From the NCBI GenBank assembly GCA_044357345.1, contig JBIKPR010000004.1, positions 4,762 to 68,761 of the forward strand: a stretch of DNA of 64,000 bases, given 5' to 3'. This stretch comes from Bacteroidia bacterium. GTDB taxonomy: Bacteria > Bacteroidota > Bacteroidia > NS11-12g > UBA955. A program made the translations under genes and the position numbers. This document shows positions 1-8,250 of this stretch, piece after piece. Under the pieces are notes generated by a model that was not told the origin of the DNA, did not search any database, and saw only the letters and a program-made list of their open reading frames with translations. The first letter of the stretch is position 1. Every line of letters begins with the position of its first letter.

Positions 1-176
1 CTGCTGCGGCAATTGGAATAGCTTTATTTATCCCTGGCGGAATTTATTTTCTAATTATTCGTGAAGCTGTTAGGCAAGTAAAACTTAAAAGGAACAAACA
101 AAATGGTTCTTTAAGTGGGTGGGTAGATGAATCATATTTCGAGGCGAAAATCATCACCAATTACCCGCAGGTTTAG
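1..176 (+). CDS. 3' end of a membrane-protein gene truncated by the window edge (function unknown)
   Basis: The frame opening at position 3 reads AAAIGIALFIPGGIYFLIIREAVRQVKLKRNKQNG...NYPQV and ends at TAG 174-176. It is a hydrophobic helix followed by a basic tail. It is shorter than the ORF-track cutoff, and no family was recognised. Confidence 0.3.
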   Translation, partial: AAAIGIALFIPGGIYFLIIREAVRQVKLKRNKQNGSLSGWVDESYFEAKIITNYPQV

Positions 177-808
177 TGTTTGATTTTCTTTGGAAACTCT
201 AAATTCCCGAAGATATCTTTTAGAGAATCGTAGGTGTCAAAGTCTTTTGCTTTAATAAAAGCTTTATCCACCCAAACCACTTCTGTAATGTCTTCTTCGA
301 TTTGTGGCACAACGGACTGATCGCCCCAAGCCACCATTCTATACCAGGCAGTTTTCTTAAGTATCCATCTACCTTTTAGCAAATACACATGGTAGGTATT
401 GGATACTTTTCCAAGAATTCCCAAAAAATTGAGACCACATTCTTCATGCACTTCGCGAAGGGCAGCAAGACGCAGATCCTCCCCCTCTTCTAGCTTACCT
501 TTAGGCAAATCCCATTTACCTAAACGTTTTATGAGCAACAATTGCCCATGTTCATTAAACACCACTCCCCCAGCTGCTTTAATGAGTTTAAACTGCTTCT
601 TAAACACGCTGTAAAGGTCATTCGGCTTCTCAGTCTTAAAGAGCAAACATGCAGGGCCTTCAAAAACCCCAGAGGTTAGCTGTTGAACCACTGAATTTAA
701 ATCAGACGCATCGAAAACAGCGCAATCTTTCTTGTTTACAAATTGATTATTATTTGTAAAAACAATGGTGTGTGCGTTGATGAATATTTTATAGCTTTGC
801 TGCGACAT
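173..808 (-). CDS. NUDIX family hydrolase
   Basis: Nudix box GKWDLPKGKLEEGEDLRLAALREVHEECGL. I prefer the internal ATG (MSQQSYKIF, CAT at 806-808) over the track start at 907, which would overlap pyrE by about 100 nt. Confidence 0.8.
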   Translation of the reverse strand: MSQQSYKIFINAHTIVFTNNNQFVNKKDCAVFDASDLNSVVQQLTSGVFEGPACLLFKTEKPNDLYSVFKKQFKLIKAAGGVVFNEHGQLLLIKRLGKWDLPKGKLEEGEDLRLAALREVHEECGLNFLGILGKVSNTYHVYLLKGRWILKKTAWYRMVAWGDQSVVPQIEEDITEVVWVDKAFIKAKDFDTYDSLKDIFGNLEFPKKIKH

Positions 809-1466
809 GGTATCAAAAGAAATCAGTGCAAAAATAGCACAATCTTTGCTTGAAAGCGAAGCCGTTAAATTGAATGTTGAAAATCCTTTTACATGGACCA
901 GCGGCATGCGCTCACCTGTTTACTGCGACAACCGAGTAACGCTTTCTTATCCAAAAATCAGAAAGTACATCACAAACTGTTTAAGTGAAGTTATAAAAAA
1001 CCAATATCCTTCTGTTCAAGGCATAGTTGGTGTTGCAACGGCAGGTATTCCACAAGGTGCTTTAATTGCAGATGAATTAAACATTCCATTTGCATACGTC
1101 CGTTCAGAAGCAAAAAAACATGGTTTGAAAAATGCTATTGAAGGACATTTAGAAACAGGATGTAAGGTCGTGGTGGTAGAAGATTTGATTAGTACTGGAA
1201 AAAGTAGTTTGAAAGCAGTTGAAGACCTGAGAGAAAACGGATTTGAAGTGGTAGGTTTGGTTTCGATTTTCAATTACGGATTTGCAACTACCGATCAAAA
1301 ATTCTTAGATGCCCAATGTCCATATGTGTCTTTGTGTGATTTCAACACTTTAGCTGAAGAAGCTGCAAAGACCAATTACATAAGCGAAGAAGCCCAAGTA
1401 AAAGTATCTGAGTGGAACAAAGATGCCCAGGCTTGGAGCGATGCCTTTAGTGCCAAAAACGGATAA
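807..1466 (+). CDS. pyrE: orotate phosphoribosyltransferase
   Basis: 219 aa with the PRPP-binding motif VVVVEDLISTGKSS. The N-terminal region (FTWTSGMRSPVYCDNR) is typical of PyrE. Confidence 0.9.
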   Translation: MVSKEISAKIAQSLLESEAVKLNVENPFTWTSGMRSPVYCDNRVTLSYPKIRKYITNCLSEVIKNQYPSVQGIVGVATAGIPQGALIADELNIPFAYVRSEAKKHGLKNAIEGHLETGCKVVVVEDLISTGKSSLKAVEDLRENGFEVVGLVSIFNYGFATTDQKFLDAQCPYVSLCDFNTLAEEAAKTNYISEEAQVKVSEWNKDAQAWSDAFSAKNG

Positions 1467-1483
1467 TACATTTTAATTTTATG

Positions 1484-1810
1484 GCGAGCCTGAACAGGCG
1501 AGCATCACGAATCCTTATTGCTTTCGGTATTGCGAGACTTGTCGAGCATGTTCCAATCGAAATCTCGATAGCAAGACTTTCTCCAAAAGAAAATTCCGTT
1601 GACGAATCATGGGGTGGAAAACACCCCATGAACATATCCTTTGCGAGCCTGAACAGGCGAGCATCACGAATCCTAATCGCTTTCGGTATTGCGAGACTTG
1701 TCGAGCATCATCTTGAACGGCATCTCGTTTGCGCGCCTTGCGAGCATTAAGAATCATTGCGGAAAAAGAGAACCTTTGCGAGCCTGAACAGGCGAGCACC
1801 CGAAATGCCC
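1484..1810. repeat. intergenic direct-repeat array: two 66-nt copies plus a partial third copy
   Basis: Copy 1 (1484-1549) and copy 2 (1643-1708) differ at 2 of 66 positions. The shared sequence is GCGAGCCTGAACAGGCGAGCATCACGAATCCT.AT.GCTTTCGGTATTGCGAGACTTGTCGAGCAT. Copy 3 (1778-1798) shares the first 21 nt, plus the preceding CCTTT with copy 2. The GCGAG(C/A) submotif recurs at least 7 times. A perfect 9-bp hairpin CATGGGGTG-GAAAA-CACCCCATG lies at 1608-1630. Confidence 0.75.
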
Positions 1811-1824
1811 CTTAAAAAACGCAT

Positions 1825-1940
1825 AAAATCATTTACAGCTTGGAGTGCGAGGTTTACGCAGAAAAAAAAGCGCAGTGTACTCCTGTACATGAGCATTTTT
1901 TTTCCAGAAAACCGAAGCAATCCGAGTTGTAAATGATTTT
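1825..1940 (-). other. long imperfect inverted repeat (19-nt arms, ~78-nt spacer) starting at the lpxA stop codon
   Basis: Left arm AAAATCATTTACAGCTTGG (1825-1843) pairs with right arm CCGAGTTGTAAATGATTTT (1922-1940) with 2 mismatches. The right arm overlaps the lpxA stop codon (1939-1941). It could be a structured 3' UTR, a terminator or a small element. Confidence 0.45.
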
Positions 1941-2721
1941 ATTTTGAGATGTAGCCTTTCATGATGCCACGGTCGGAAGCCTTAATAAACTGCAAGATTT
2001 CGTCCCTTTCAGGCGTGGCGGGCATATTGGCTTCGATGTGAGAAATGGCCTTGTTGTTGTTTAGACCACGAACATAAAGCGTTCTGTAAATTTCTTGAAT
2101 TTCCGCGATTTTATCAGGGGTAAAGGCACGGCGTCTTAGACCGATTGAATTGACACCCTCATAACTTAGCGGTTCACGCGCTGCTTTGGTGTATGGAGGA
2201 ACATCTTTACGCACAAGGCTACCACCACTGATCATGGCGTGGCGACCGATGTGAACGAATTGATGTACCAAGGTAGCGCCACCTAGTATGGCAGATTCGC
2301 CGATTACAACGTGACCCGCAACTTGCGTGCTGTTTGCTAAAATAACATGGTCACCAATCACACAATCGTGTGCCACGTGGCTATAGGCCATGATTAAGCA
2401 ATTTTTGCCAATTTCTGTTTGGCCTCTGTCTTTGGTACCACGGTTAATGGTTGCACATTCGCGGATGGTGGTATTATCGCCAATAACGGTAAGTGAATCT
2501 TCCCCATCAAATTTTAAATCTTGTGGGATTGCAGAGATGATAGCACCTGGGAATATTTTTACATTTTTTCCAATGCGGGCACCTTCAAAAATGGTAACAC
2601 CTGAACCTATCCAGGTACCTTCACCAATTTCTACATTTTTATGAATGGTAACGAAAGGATCGATTACCACATTTTCTGCAACCTTCGATTGCGGATGAAC
2701 ATAAGCTAGGGGTTGAATCAT
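1939..2721 (-). CDS. lpxA: acyl-ACP--UDP-N-acetylglucosamine O-acyltransferase
   Basis: 260 aa with hexapeptide repeats and the LpxA-type C-terminal helical region (NSIGLRRRAF...IYRTLY). It lies in an lpxD-lpxC/fabZ-lpxA cluster. Confidence 0.9.
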   Translation of the reverse strand: MIQPLAYVHPQSKVAENVVIDPFVTIHKNVEIGEGTWIGSGVTIFEGARIGKNVKIFPGAIISAIPQDLKFDGEDSLTVIGDNTTIRECATINRGTKDRGQTEIGKNCLIMAYSHVAHDCVIGDHVILANSTQVAGHVVIGESAILGGATLVHQFVHIGRHAMISGGSLVRKDVPPYTKAAREPLSYEGVNSIGLRRRAFTPDKIAEIQEIYRTLYVRGLNNNKAISHIEANMPATPERDEILQFIKASDRGIMKGYISK

Positions 2722-2775
2722 TTTTCAGTAATTACTCTATATACAATTTTGGAGGCCTTAGCCCCCAAAAGAAAT

Positions 2776-4170
2776 TTATTTTATTTTAACAATTTGAGCC
2801 ATCATTTCTGCTTCGCTTACCAATTTCTCGCCAACGAAACATCTGCCGCGCATTAAACAGATTCCTCTTCTTACTGGTTCAAGCATTTCAAGCTTCATAA
2901 CCAAGGTATCTCCTGGAACAACTTTGTCTTTAAATCTTGCTTTATCAATTTTCAAGAACAGAGTTGTGTAGTTTTCAGGATCTTCAACTTCACTTAAAAT
3001 AAGCACGCCACCGGCTTGAGCCATGGCTTCTAGTTGCAATACACCAGGGAAAATTGGATCTCCAGGGAAGTGGCCATCAAAGAAGTATTGGTCGCCTGTG
3101 ATGTTTTTTATTGCAATCACATAGGTTGGAGTCTTTTCTAAAATTTTATCTACCAATAAGAAAGGATGCTTGTGTGGTAAGAATTTAGAAATCTCTTTGT
3201 ATTCGTATAGCGCTTTAACGTTCGGGTTGTAAACCGGTGCATCGCTATTGGCTTTCTTTCTAGTCTTTTTTATTAAAGCTTTAATTTTTCTAGCAAAGGC
3301 AACGTTAGAAGCGTGACCAGGGCGGGCAGCCATAATTTGCGCTTTGATTGGCATACCAATAAGGGCTAAATCACCTAACAAATCAAGTAATTTGTGACGG
3401 GCTGGCTCGTTTTGGAATCTCAACTCCAAATTATTTAGGATACCTTCTTTTCTTACTTCAACTTTTGGCTTGTTAAATACTTTGGCCAATCTTTCCATTT
3501 CCTCATCTTCAACCACACGGTCAACTATTACGATGGCATTATTCAAATCGCCACCCTTAATTAAATTGTTGTTCAACATCATTTCCAATTCATGCAAGAA
3601 GCAGAAAGTTCTGCAGCTAGAAATTTCTTTTTCGAACTCGTTTAAATTGGTGATGGTAGCGTGTTGGCTTCCTAGAACTGGACTGTTGTAATCAACCATT
3701 ACCGTTGCACGGTAATCGTCTAATGGCATAGCCACCATTTCAATATGGTTTTGATTGTCGTTGTAATGCACATTTACTGGAATATGAAAATACTCGCGTT
3801 CTGCTTCTTGTTCAACGATTCCAACAGACAGCAAAGCATCCACAAATGGTTTAGAACTTCCATCCATAATTGGCATTTCAGGACCATCAATTTCTAACAA
3901 CACATTGTCGATTTCCAAACCAACCAAAGCCGCCAAAGCATGCTCGACGGTGCTTACGCGTGCGCCGTTTTTTTCTAAAGTAGTTCCTCTAGAAGTATCT
4001 ACAACCAATTCACAATCAGCCTCAATAATTGGCTGACCATCTAAATCGGTTCTTTGGAATTTGTACCAATGGTTGGCAGGTGCTGGAGAGAAAGTCAAAT
4101 TTACAACAGCTCCGGTGTGCAGACCAACGCCAGAAACGGTTATTGAATTCTTTAGTGTCGTTTGTTTCAT
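2776..4170 (-). CDS. lpxC/fabZ: bifunctional UDP-3-O-acyl-GlcNAc deacetylase / 3-hydroxyacyl-ACP dehydratase (LpxC-FabZ fusion)
   Basis: The N-terminus (TLKNSITVSGVGLHTG) is LpxC-like. The C-terminus (HFPGDPIFPGVLQLEAMAQ) is a FabZ hotdog domain. This fusion is typical of Bacteroidota. Confidence 0.9.
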   Translation of the reverse strand: MKQTTLKNSITVSGVGLHTGAVVNLTFSPAPANHWYKFQRTDLDGQPIIEADCELVVDTSRGTTLEKNGARVSTVEHALAALVGLEIDNVLLEIDGPEMPIMDGSSKPFVDALLSVGIVEQEAEREYFHIPVNVHYNDNQNHIEMVAMPLDDYRATVMVDYNSPVLGSQHATITNLNEFEKEISSCRTFCFLHELEMMLNNNLIKGGDLNNAIVIVDRVVEDEEMERLAKVFNKPKVEVRKEGILNNLELRFQNEPARHKLLDLLGDLALIGMPIKAQIMAARPGHASNVAFARKIKALIKKTRKKANSDAPVYNPNVKALYEYKEISKFLPHKHPFLLVDKILEKTPTYVIAIKNITGDQYFFDGHFPGDPIFPGVLQLEAMAQAGGVLILSEVEDPENYTTLFLKIDKARFKDKVVPGDTLVMKLEMLEPVRRGICLMRGRCFVGEKLVSEAEMMAQIVKIK

Positions 4171-5204
4171 TTTGATGTTAATTCTTTTATGCGTTTTTCA
4201 AGTTCTTTAATTCTATTTTCAAGTTGAGGCAAATTGCGCAAAATTACTTGGCTTTTGAATGCCTCTTTTATTGGCATTGCGGGACTTCCAATAAATTGTT
4301 GATTCGGCTCTTTAATGGTTTTAGGAATTCCACTTTGACCACCTATTTGGGTGCCATCGGCAATCGTAATGTGTCCAACGATTCCAACTTGGGCGCCGAT
4401 TACACAACCCTTACCTACTTTGGTGCTTCCAGCTACGCCACTTAGTCCTGCGATTACGGTATTTTCACCAATCTCGGCATTGTGTGCGATTTGCACCATA
4501 TTGTCTAGTTTTACGCCCTTTCTAATTATTGTAGAGCCCATGGTGGCTCTATCTAAACAACAATTAGAACCGGTTTCAACATTGTCTTCTATGATTACAT
4601 TTCCAATTTGAGGAATCTTAGCATAGGTACCATCAGGAGTTGGTGCAAAACCAAATCCATCTGAACCAATAACAGTGCCTGCATGGATGATGCAATTATT
4701 CCCGACATGGCAATCGGAGTACAATTTAACCCCAGAATAAAACAAAGTATTATTCCCAATTTTGGCTTTTTTACCTACAAAAACATGAGGATATAATTGG
4801 GCATTTTCTCCAACTACAGCATCATCCTCTATTACCACATAGGGTCCGATGAACACATTTTTACCAATACTTGCTGAATCTGCTATAATGGCTGTTGGAT
4901 GTATCCCTTCTCTTTGTTGGTGGGGATTGAACCAAGCATTCAAGACCAAACAAAAACCGTAGTATGGCATTGGATGTCTGACGATGGTGCATTGTACAGG
5001 TTTTTCTAAAATCAAATCATTTGAAACAATTACAATTGAAGCTTTTGTTTCATAAATGAAGTTGAGGTATTTGGGATTGGCTAAAAAACTAACTTCACCT
5101 TCGGAGGCTGTTTCAATTTTTCCAGCAGCAAACACAATTGCAGAAGCATCACCTTCAATGCTACCTTGTATAAGTTCTGCTATTTGAGCGGCATTTATCT
5201 GCAT
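4167..5204 (-). CDS. lpxD: UDP-3-O-acylglucosamine N-acyltransferase
   Basis: 345 aa with extensive left-handed beta-helix hexapeptide repeats. It has a 4-nt overlap with lpxC/fabZ. Confidence 0.88.
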   Translation of the reverse strand: MQINAAQIAELIQGSIEGDASAIVFAAGKIETASEGEVSFLANPKYLNFIYETKASIVIVSNDLILEKPVQCTIVRHPMPYYGFCLVLNAWFNPHQQREGIHPTAIIADSASIGKNVFIGPYVVIEDDAVVGENAQLYPHVFVGKKAKIGNNTLFYSGVKLYSDCHVGNNCIIHAGTVIGSDGFGFAPTPDGTYAKIPQIGNVIIEDNVETGSNCCLDRATMGSTIIRKGVKLDNMVQIAHNAEIGENTVIAGLSGVAGSTKVGKGCVIGAQVGIVGHITIADGTQIGGQSGIPKTIKEPNQQFIGSPAMPIKEAFKSQVILRNLPQLENRIKELEKRIKELTSK

Positions 5205-5228
5205 AAATCTATCCTGCGAAGATAAGGC

Positions 5229-6485
5229 TTAGCGGTAATAGCATAAATAATATTTTTTAACAGTCTGATTCAAAGCTCTTAAGTTGTAATTATCGCTTGC
5301 ATCCGTAACATCCAAGACCTCTCCCGACTTTTTCAGTATACGAATACCAGTACTCTTTTCCACTTTATACGCATCGTTTGCCAAGGTGTTCATGGAAGCA
5401 AAATAGATTCCTTGCTCAGGTTTTAGCTTAAATTTCTTTACCATTTGTTCTTGCATTTCGGCCACTTCTTTCATTGGAATGACCTTTGACGAAAGTTGGA
5501 TTTTAGGCAAGTTTCTATTGACTAAATTTTTAGCCAATAAAGACAAGACTTTATCATCTGAAAACTGCCAATTTTTAATCGCAGAAATCACATCCGAATC
5601 GTCCAATTGTATAAACTGTTGCAAGACATTAGGCTCTTCCATAAATTGCTTAACATCGATGTGGTTTTTCAAAAAGAAATCGAGGGCTGGTGAGGCATAC
5701 AACTGCAAACCTTCTTTGGAAACCTCGGCAGCTCTGCGCATCGTATTGGTGAGCAAAACATCAGCGGCAACAACTGTCTTATGCAAATACACTTGCCAAT
5801 ACATTAAGCGTCTTGCAATAATGAATTTTTCAATGCTGTAAATCCCCTTCTCTTCTACCACCAACTCATCGTCTACAACATCCAACATGTGGATGATGCG
5901 CTCTGAACCAATGATACCTTCGCTAACTCCTGTGTAAAAACTGTCGCGACCTAAGTAATCTAGACGGTCCATATCCAACTGACCAGAAATTAACTGGTGT
6001 AAAAAAGCTTTCTTATAACGGTTGCTGAAAATCTGAATGCATAGATCTAATTTCCCTTTAAATTGTTTGTTCAATTCCTGCATCATCATCATTGAAATAC
6101 TTTCATGCGGAACCGAATGAATTAAGGTATGTTCAAGGGAATGGCTGTATGGTCCATGGCCAATATCATGCAGCAAAATCGCACAGTACAAAGCTTCAGC
6201 TTCTGCATCCGAAATTTTCACATTTTTTTGACGTAAAGTAAACACCGCATTCATCATTAAATGCAAGGCTCCTAAGGCGTGGTGGAAACGAGAATGTGTG
6301 GCACCAGGGTATACAATTTCAGTCATTCCCAATTGGCGTATACGTCTAAGTCTCTGAACAAAAGGGTGCTCTATGAGGTCGTAAACCAATTTACTTGGAA
6401 TACTCAAAAAACCATAGACTGGGTCGTTTATAATTTTACTTTTGTTCATTATCTGCAAAATTGACGATTTATTGTCATATTTCAT
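5229..6485 (-). CDS. HD-domain phosphohydrolase (dGTPase-like superfamily)
   Basis: HD motif region RFHHALGALH...LLHDIGHGPYSH. It sits upstream of lpxD, as is common in Bacteroidota. An alternative start at M13 (MNKSKII) is possible. Confidence 0.75.
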   Translation of the reverse strand: MKYDNKSSILQIMNKSKIINDPVYGFLSIPSKLVYDLIEHPFVQRLRRIRQLGMTEIVYPGATHSRFHHALGALHLMMNAVFTLRQKNVKISDAEAEALYCAILLHDIGHGPYSHSLEHTLIHSVPHESISMMMMQELNKQFKGKLDLCIQIFSNRYKKAFLHQLISGQLDMDRLDYLGRDSFYTGVSEGIIGSERIIHMLDVVDDELVVEEKGIYSIEKFIIARRLMYWQVYLHKTVVAADVLLTNTMRRAAEVSKEGLQLYASPALDFFLKNHIDVKQFMEEPNVLQQFIQLDDSDVISAIKNWQFSDDKVLSLLAKNLVNRNLPKIQLSSKVIPMKEVAEMQEQMVKKFKLKPEQGIYFASMNTLANDAYKVEKSTGIRILKKSGEVLDVTDASDNYNLRALNQTVKKYYLCYYR

Positions 6486-6647
6486 TCATTATATTGCTTT
6501 AATTCTTCTTATTCAATACTTTATTGTGTTTTAAATTTATTGTATTGTAATAGGAATCCTAAGTGTACCAAAGCAAATACAAAAGAGCTAGTAATTAAAA
6601 ATTTACTTGCTGAAATCAGGTCTTCATTTCCCCTAAATTTGTAGGCC

Positions 6648-7646
6648 TTGAAAAAATACCACAAAATCCCTAAAAAAGTTGTCACAACAAAACCAAAAGT
6701 ACCTGGTTTGCATCCTCGAAACTCGCACCAAGGTCGATACGATTTGGACACGCTTTGCAAGGCTTTGCCAGAACTTTCGACTTACATCGTTAAAACAGAT
6801 TTCGGCGATAGTTCTATAAATTTTTTCAACCCTGATGCAGTTAAAACACTAAATAAAGCCATTCTCTTTAAAGACTACAACATTAACTACTGGGATATCC
6901 CTAATGGTTATTTATGTCCTCCTATTCCTGGCCGTGCTGACTACATTCACTTTTTGGCCGATATACTTAACGAACTTCCAGAAAAAGACACTTTAATCCA
7001 TCCTAACTTTAAGTGTTTGGATATTGGTACAGGTGCCAATTTAATTTACCCAATCATTGGCCACAACCAATACAAGTGGCAATTTAGGGCCAGCGATATC
7101 GATGCCATAGCCCTAGAAAATGCGAAAGAAATTTGTGCAAAAAACCCTGAACTTTCTAACGGGATTGAAATTGTATTGCAGGACAATAACAATGTATTTT
7201 TCAAAAATATAGTCCACAAAGACGACTTCTTTGAGGCAAGTGTCTGCAACCCTCCGTTCCATTCTTCCCAAGAAGAAGCCAGTGCAGGGACCTTAAGAAA
7301 ATTAAAAAATCTAAAAGCTGAAAATATCAGCGAAGATGCCTTAAATTTCGGTGGCCAAAACAACGAATTGATTTATGAAGGTGGAGAACTTAAATTCATC
7401 CAAGACATGGCCAAAGAAAGTACTAAGTTCAAAAGAAATATTCTTTGGTTCAGCAGCTTGGTATCCAAATCAGCCCATATCCATATTCTACAAAGATTCT
7501 TTAGTGAATTAGGTGTAGCTGAACAAAAGACCATTGAAATGGGCCAAGGCAACAAAACAAGTCGATTCATAGCTTGGACTTTTTTCTCTAAATCGGAACG
7601 ATTAAAACACTTAGAAGGAAAAAAAGCACAGAATGATCCCCATTGA
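6648..7646 (+). CDS. rlmF: 23S rRNA (adenine-N6)-methyltransferase RlmF-like
   Basis: N-terminal GLHPRNSHQGRYDLDTL, SAM-binding LDIGTGANLIYP, and the catalytic NPPFH motif (CNPPFHSS). Confidence 0.8.
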   Translation: MKKYHKIPKKVVTTKPKVPGLHPRNSHQGRYDLDTLCKALPELSTYIVKTDFGDSSINFFNPDAVKTLNKAILFKDYNINYWDIPNGYLCPPIPGRADYIHFLADILNELPEKDTLIHPNFKCLDIGTGANLIYPIIGHNQYKWQFRASDIDAIALENAKEICAKNPELSNGIEIVLQDNNNVFFKNIVHKDDFFEASVCNPPFHSSQEEASAGTLRKLKNLKAENISEDALNFGGQNNELIYEGGELKFIQDMAKESTKFKRNILWFSSLVSKSAHIHILQRFFSELGVAEQKTIEMGQGNKTSRFIAWTFFSKSERLKHLEGKKAQNDPH

Positions 7647-8046
7647 GATTCCTGAATCCGACTATTTGTATACCGACATTTCTCAAATTGAAAATGCTGG
7701 AAATGGCTTATTTACTGCTATAAAAATATACAAAGGCGAAATTATCGCACTTTACAAAGGCAAGGTGTTAAATGAGGCGCAAATCGAAAAACGTATTGCC
7801 TTAAAACAAGATCAGTACTTCATGAATCTGCCCAACGGCAGCATTTTAGACGCAAGAAAAACCAATGGATTTGCCAAATACGCAAATGATGCCCAAGCAT
7901 TTTCTAACAGTCTTTTTAAAAACAATTCAATTATCAGTATTGATGAAGAAGAAAACATTTGTTTGGTCTCAAAACGTGTGATTAAAGCGGGTGAAGAAAT
8001 TTTCTGCAGCTATGGAAAACGGTATTGGAAAAAACACGGTAAATAA
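7633..8046 (+). CDS. SET-domain protein (putative protein lysine methyltransferase)
   Basis: The GNGLFTAIKIYKGEIIALYKGKV...FAKYANDA...IKAGEEIFCSYG pattern matches the SET core motifs (G.GlfA, NHS-like, GEEl..Y). It overlaps the rlmF 3' end by 14 nt. Confidence 0.65.
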   Translation: MIPIEIPESDYLYTDISQIENAGNGLFTAIKIYKGEIIALYKGKVLNEAQIEKRIALKQDQYFMNLPNGSILDARKTNGFAKYANDAQAFSNSLFKNNSIISIDEEENICLVSKRVIKAGEEIFCSYGKRYWKKHGK

Positions 8047-8207
8047 AAGATATATTGCAATTATTTTTATTGCAAAGGCAGTTTTAAAAGTTTTCATTTA
8101 AATTATTTTATAGGATTACCAAGCATTCAAAACCTCCAATTAAAATTGACATTGCTCATTTATTGGAATATAGTAGTTTAAAGTATTAAACTTTGAAAAT
8201 TCTGTCA

Positions 8208-8215
8208 TACCTTTG
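8208..8215 (+). promoter_or_regulatory. candidate Bacteroidota -7 promoter element TAnnTTTG upstream of mdh
   Basis: TACCTTTG at 8208-8215, 36 nt upstream of the mdh ATG. I found no well-spaced -33 TTTG (the nearest TTTG is only 12 nt upstream), so this is weak. Confidence 0.25.
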
Positions 8216-8250
8216 CCGAATAATTTTTAACCCTTAAGCATCACAATCAT

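Noticed and set aside
399-614. Antisense and out-of-frame ORFs nested in strong genes (e.g. 399-614, 1016-1273, 2390-2644, 3470-3691, 4224-4611, 5479-5841, 7046-7570, 16270-16710, 26718-27005, 29482-30130, 31535-31990, 34051-34816, 36663-37077, 39117-42235, 49114-51034, 59004-59808, 61401-62434)
   Set aside because: Each lies wholly inside a CDS with clear family motifs on the other strand or frame. Their translations are low-complexity or Cys/Ser/Leu-rich shadow frames.
1500-1520. tRNA fragment or att site (CACGAATCC resembles a T-loop GTTCGAATCC)
   Set aside because: No flanking T-stem complementarity or acceptor stem could be drawn. The resemblance is limited to about 8 nt.
1481-1799. ORFs 1481-1750 (+) and 1515-1799 (-) as genes
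   Set aside because: Their 'proteins' simply repeat because they translate the direct repeats (ASLNRRASRILIAFGIARLVEH occurs twice). There is no start context or recognisable fold, so they are artefacts of repetitive DNA.
1484-1810. CRISPR array
   Set aside because: The repeats are 66 nt and there are only about 2.3 copies. The spacers are unequal (93 and 69 nt), and no cas genes occur anywhere in the window. This is not CRISPR-like.
2776-4170. LpxC-FabZ fusion as a novelty
   Set aside because: This fusion is a well-known lineage trait of Bacteroidota. The same applies to the fused E1 alpha/beta gene at 49077-51158.
6521-6760. 79-aa ORF in the HD/rlmF divergent region
   Set aside because: It overlaps the rlmF 5' end by 113 nt on the opposite strand, has no recognisable family and has odd composition. 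It is probably spurious, although a small membrane peptide cannot be excluded.
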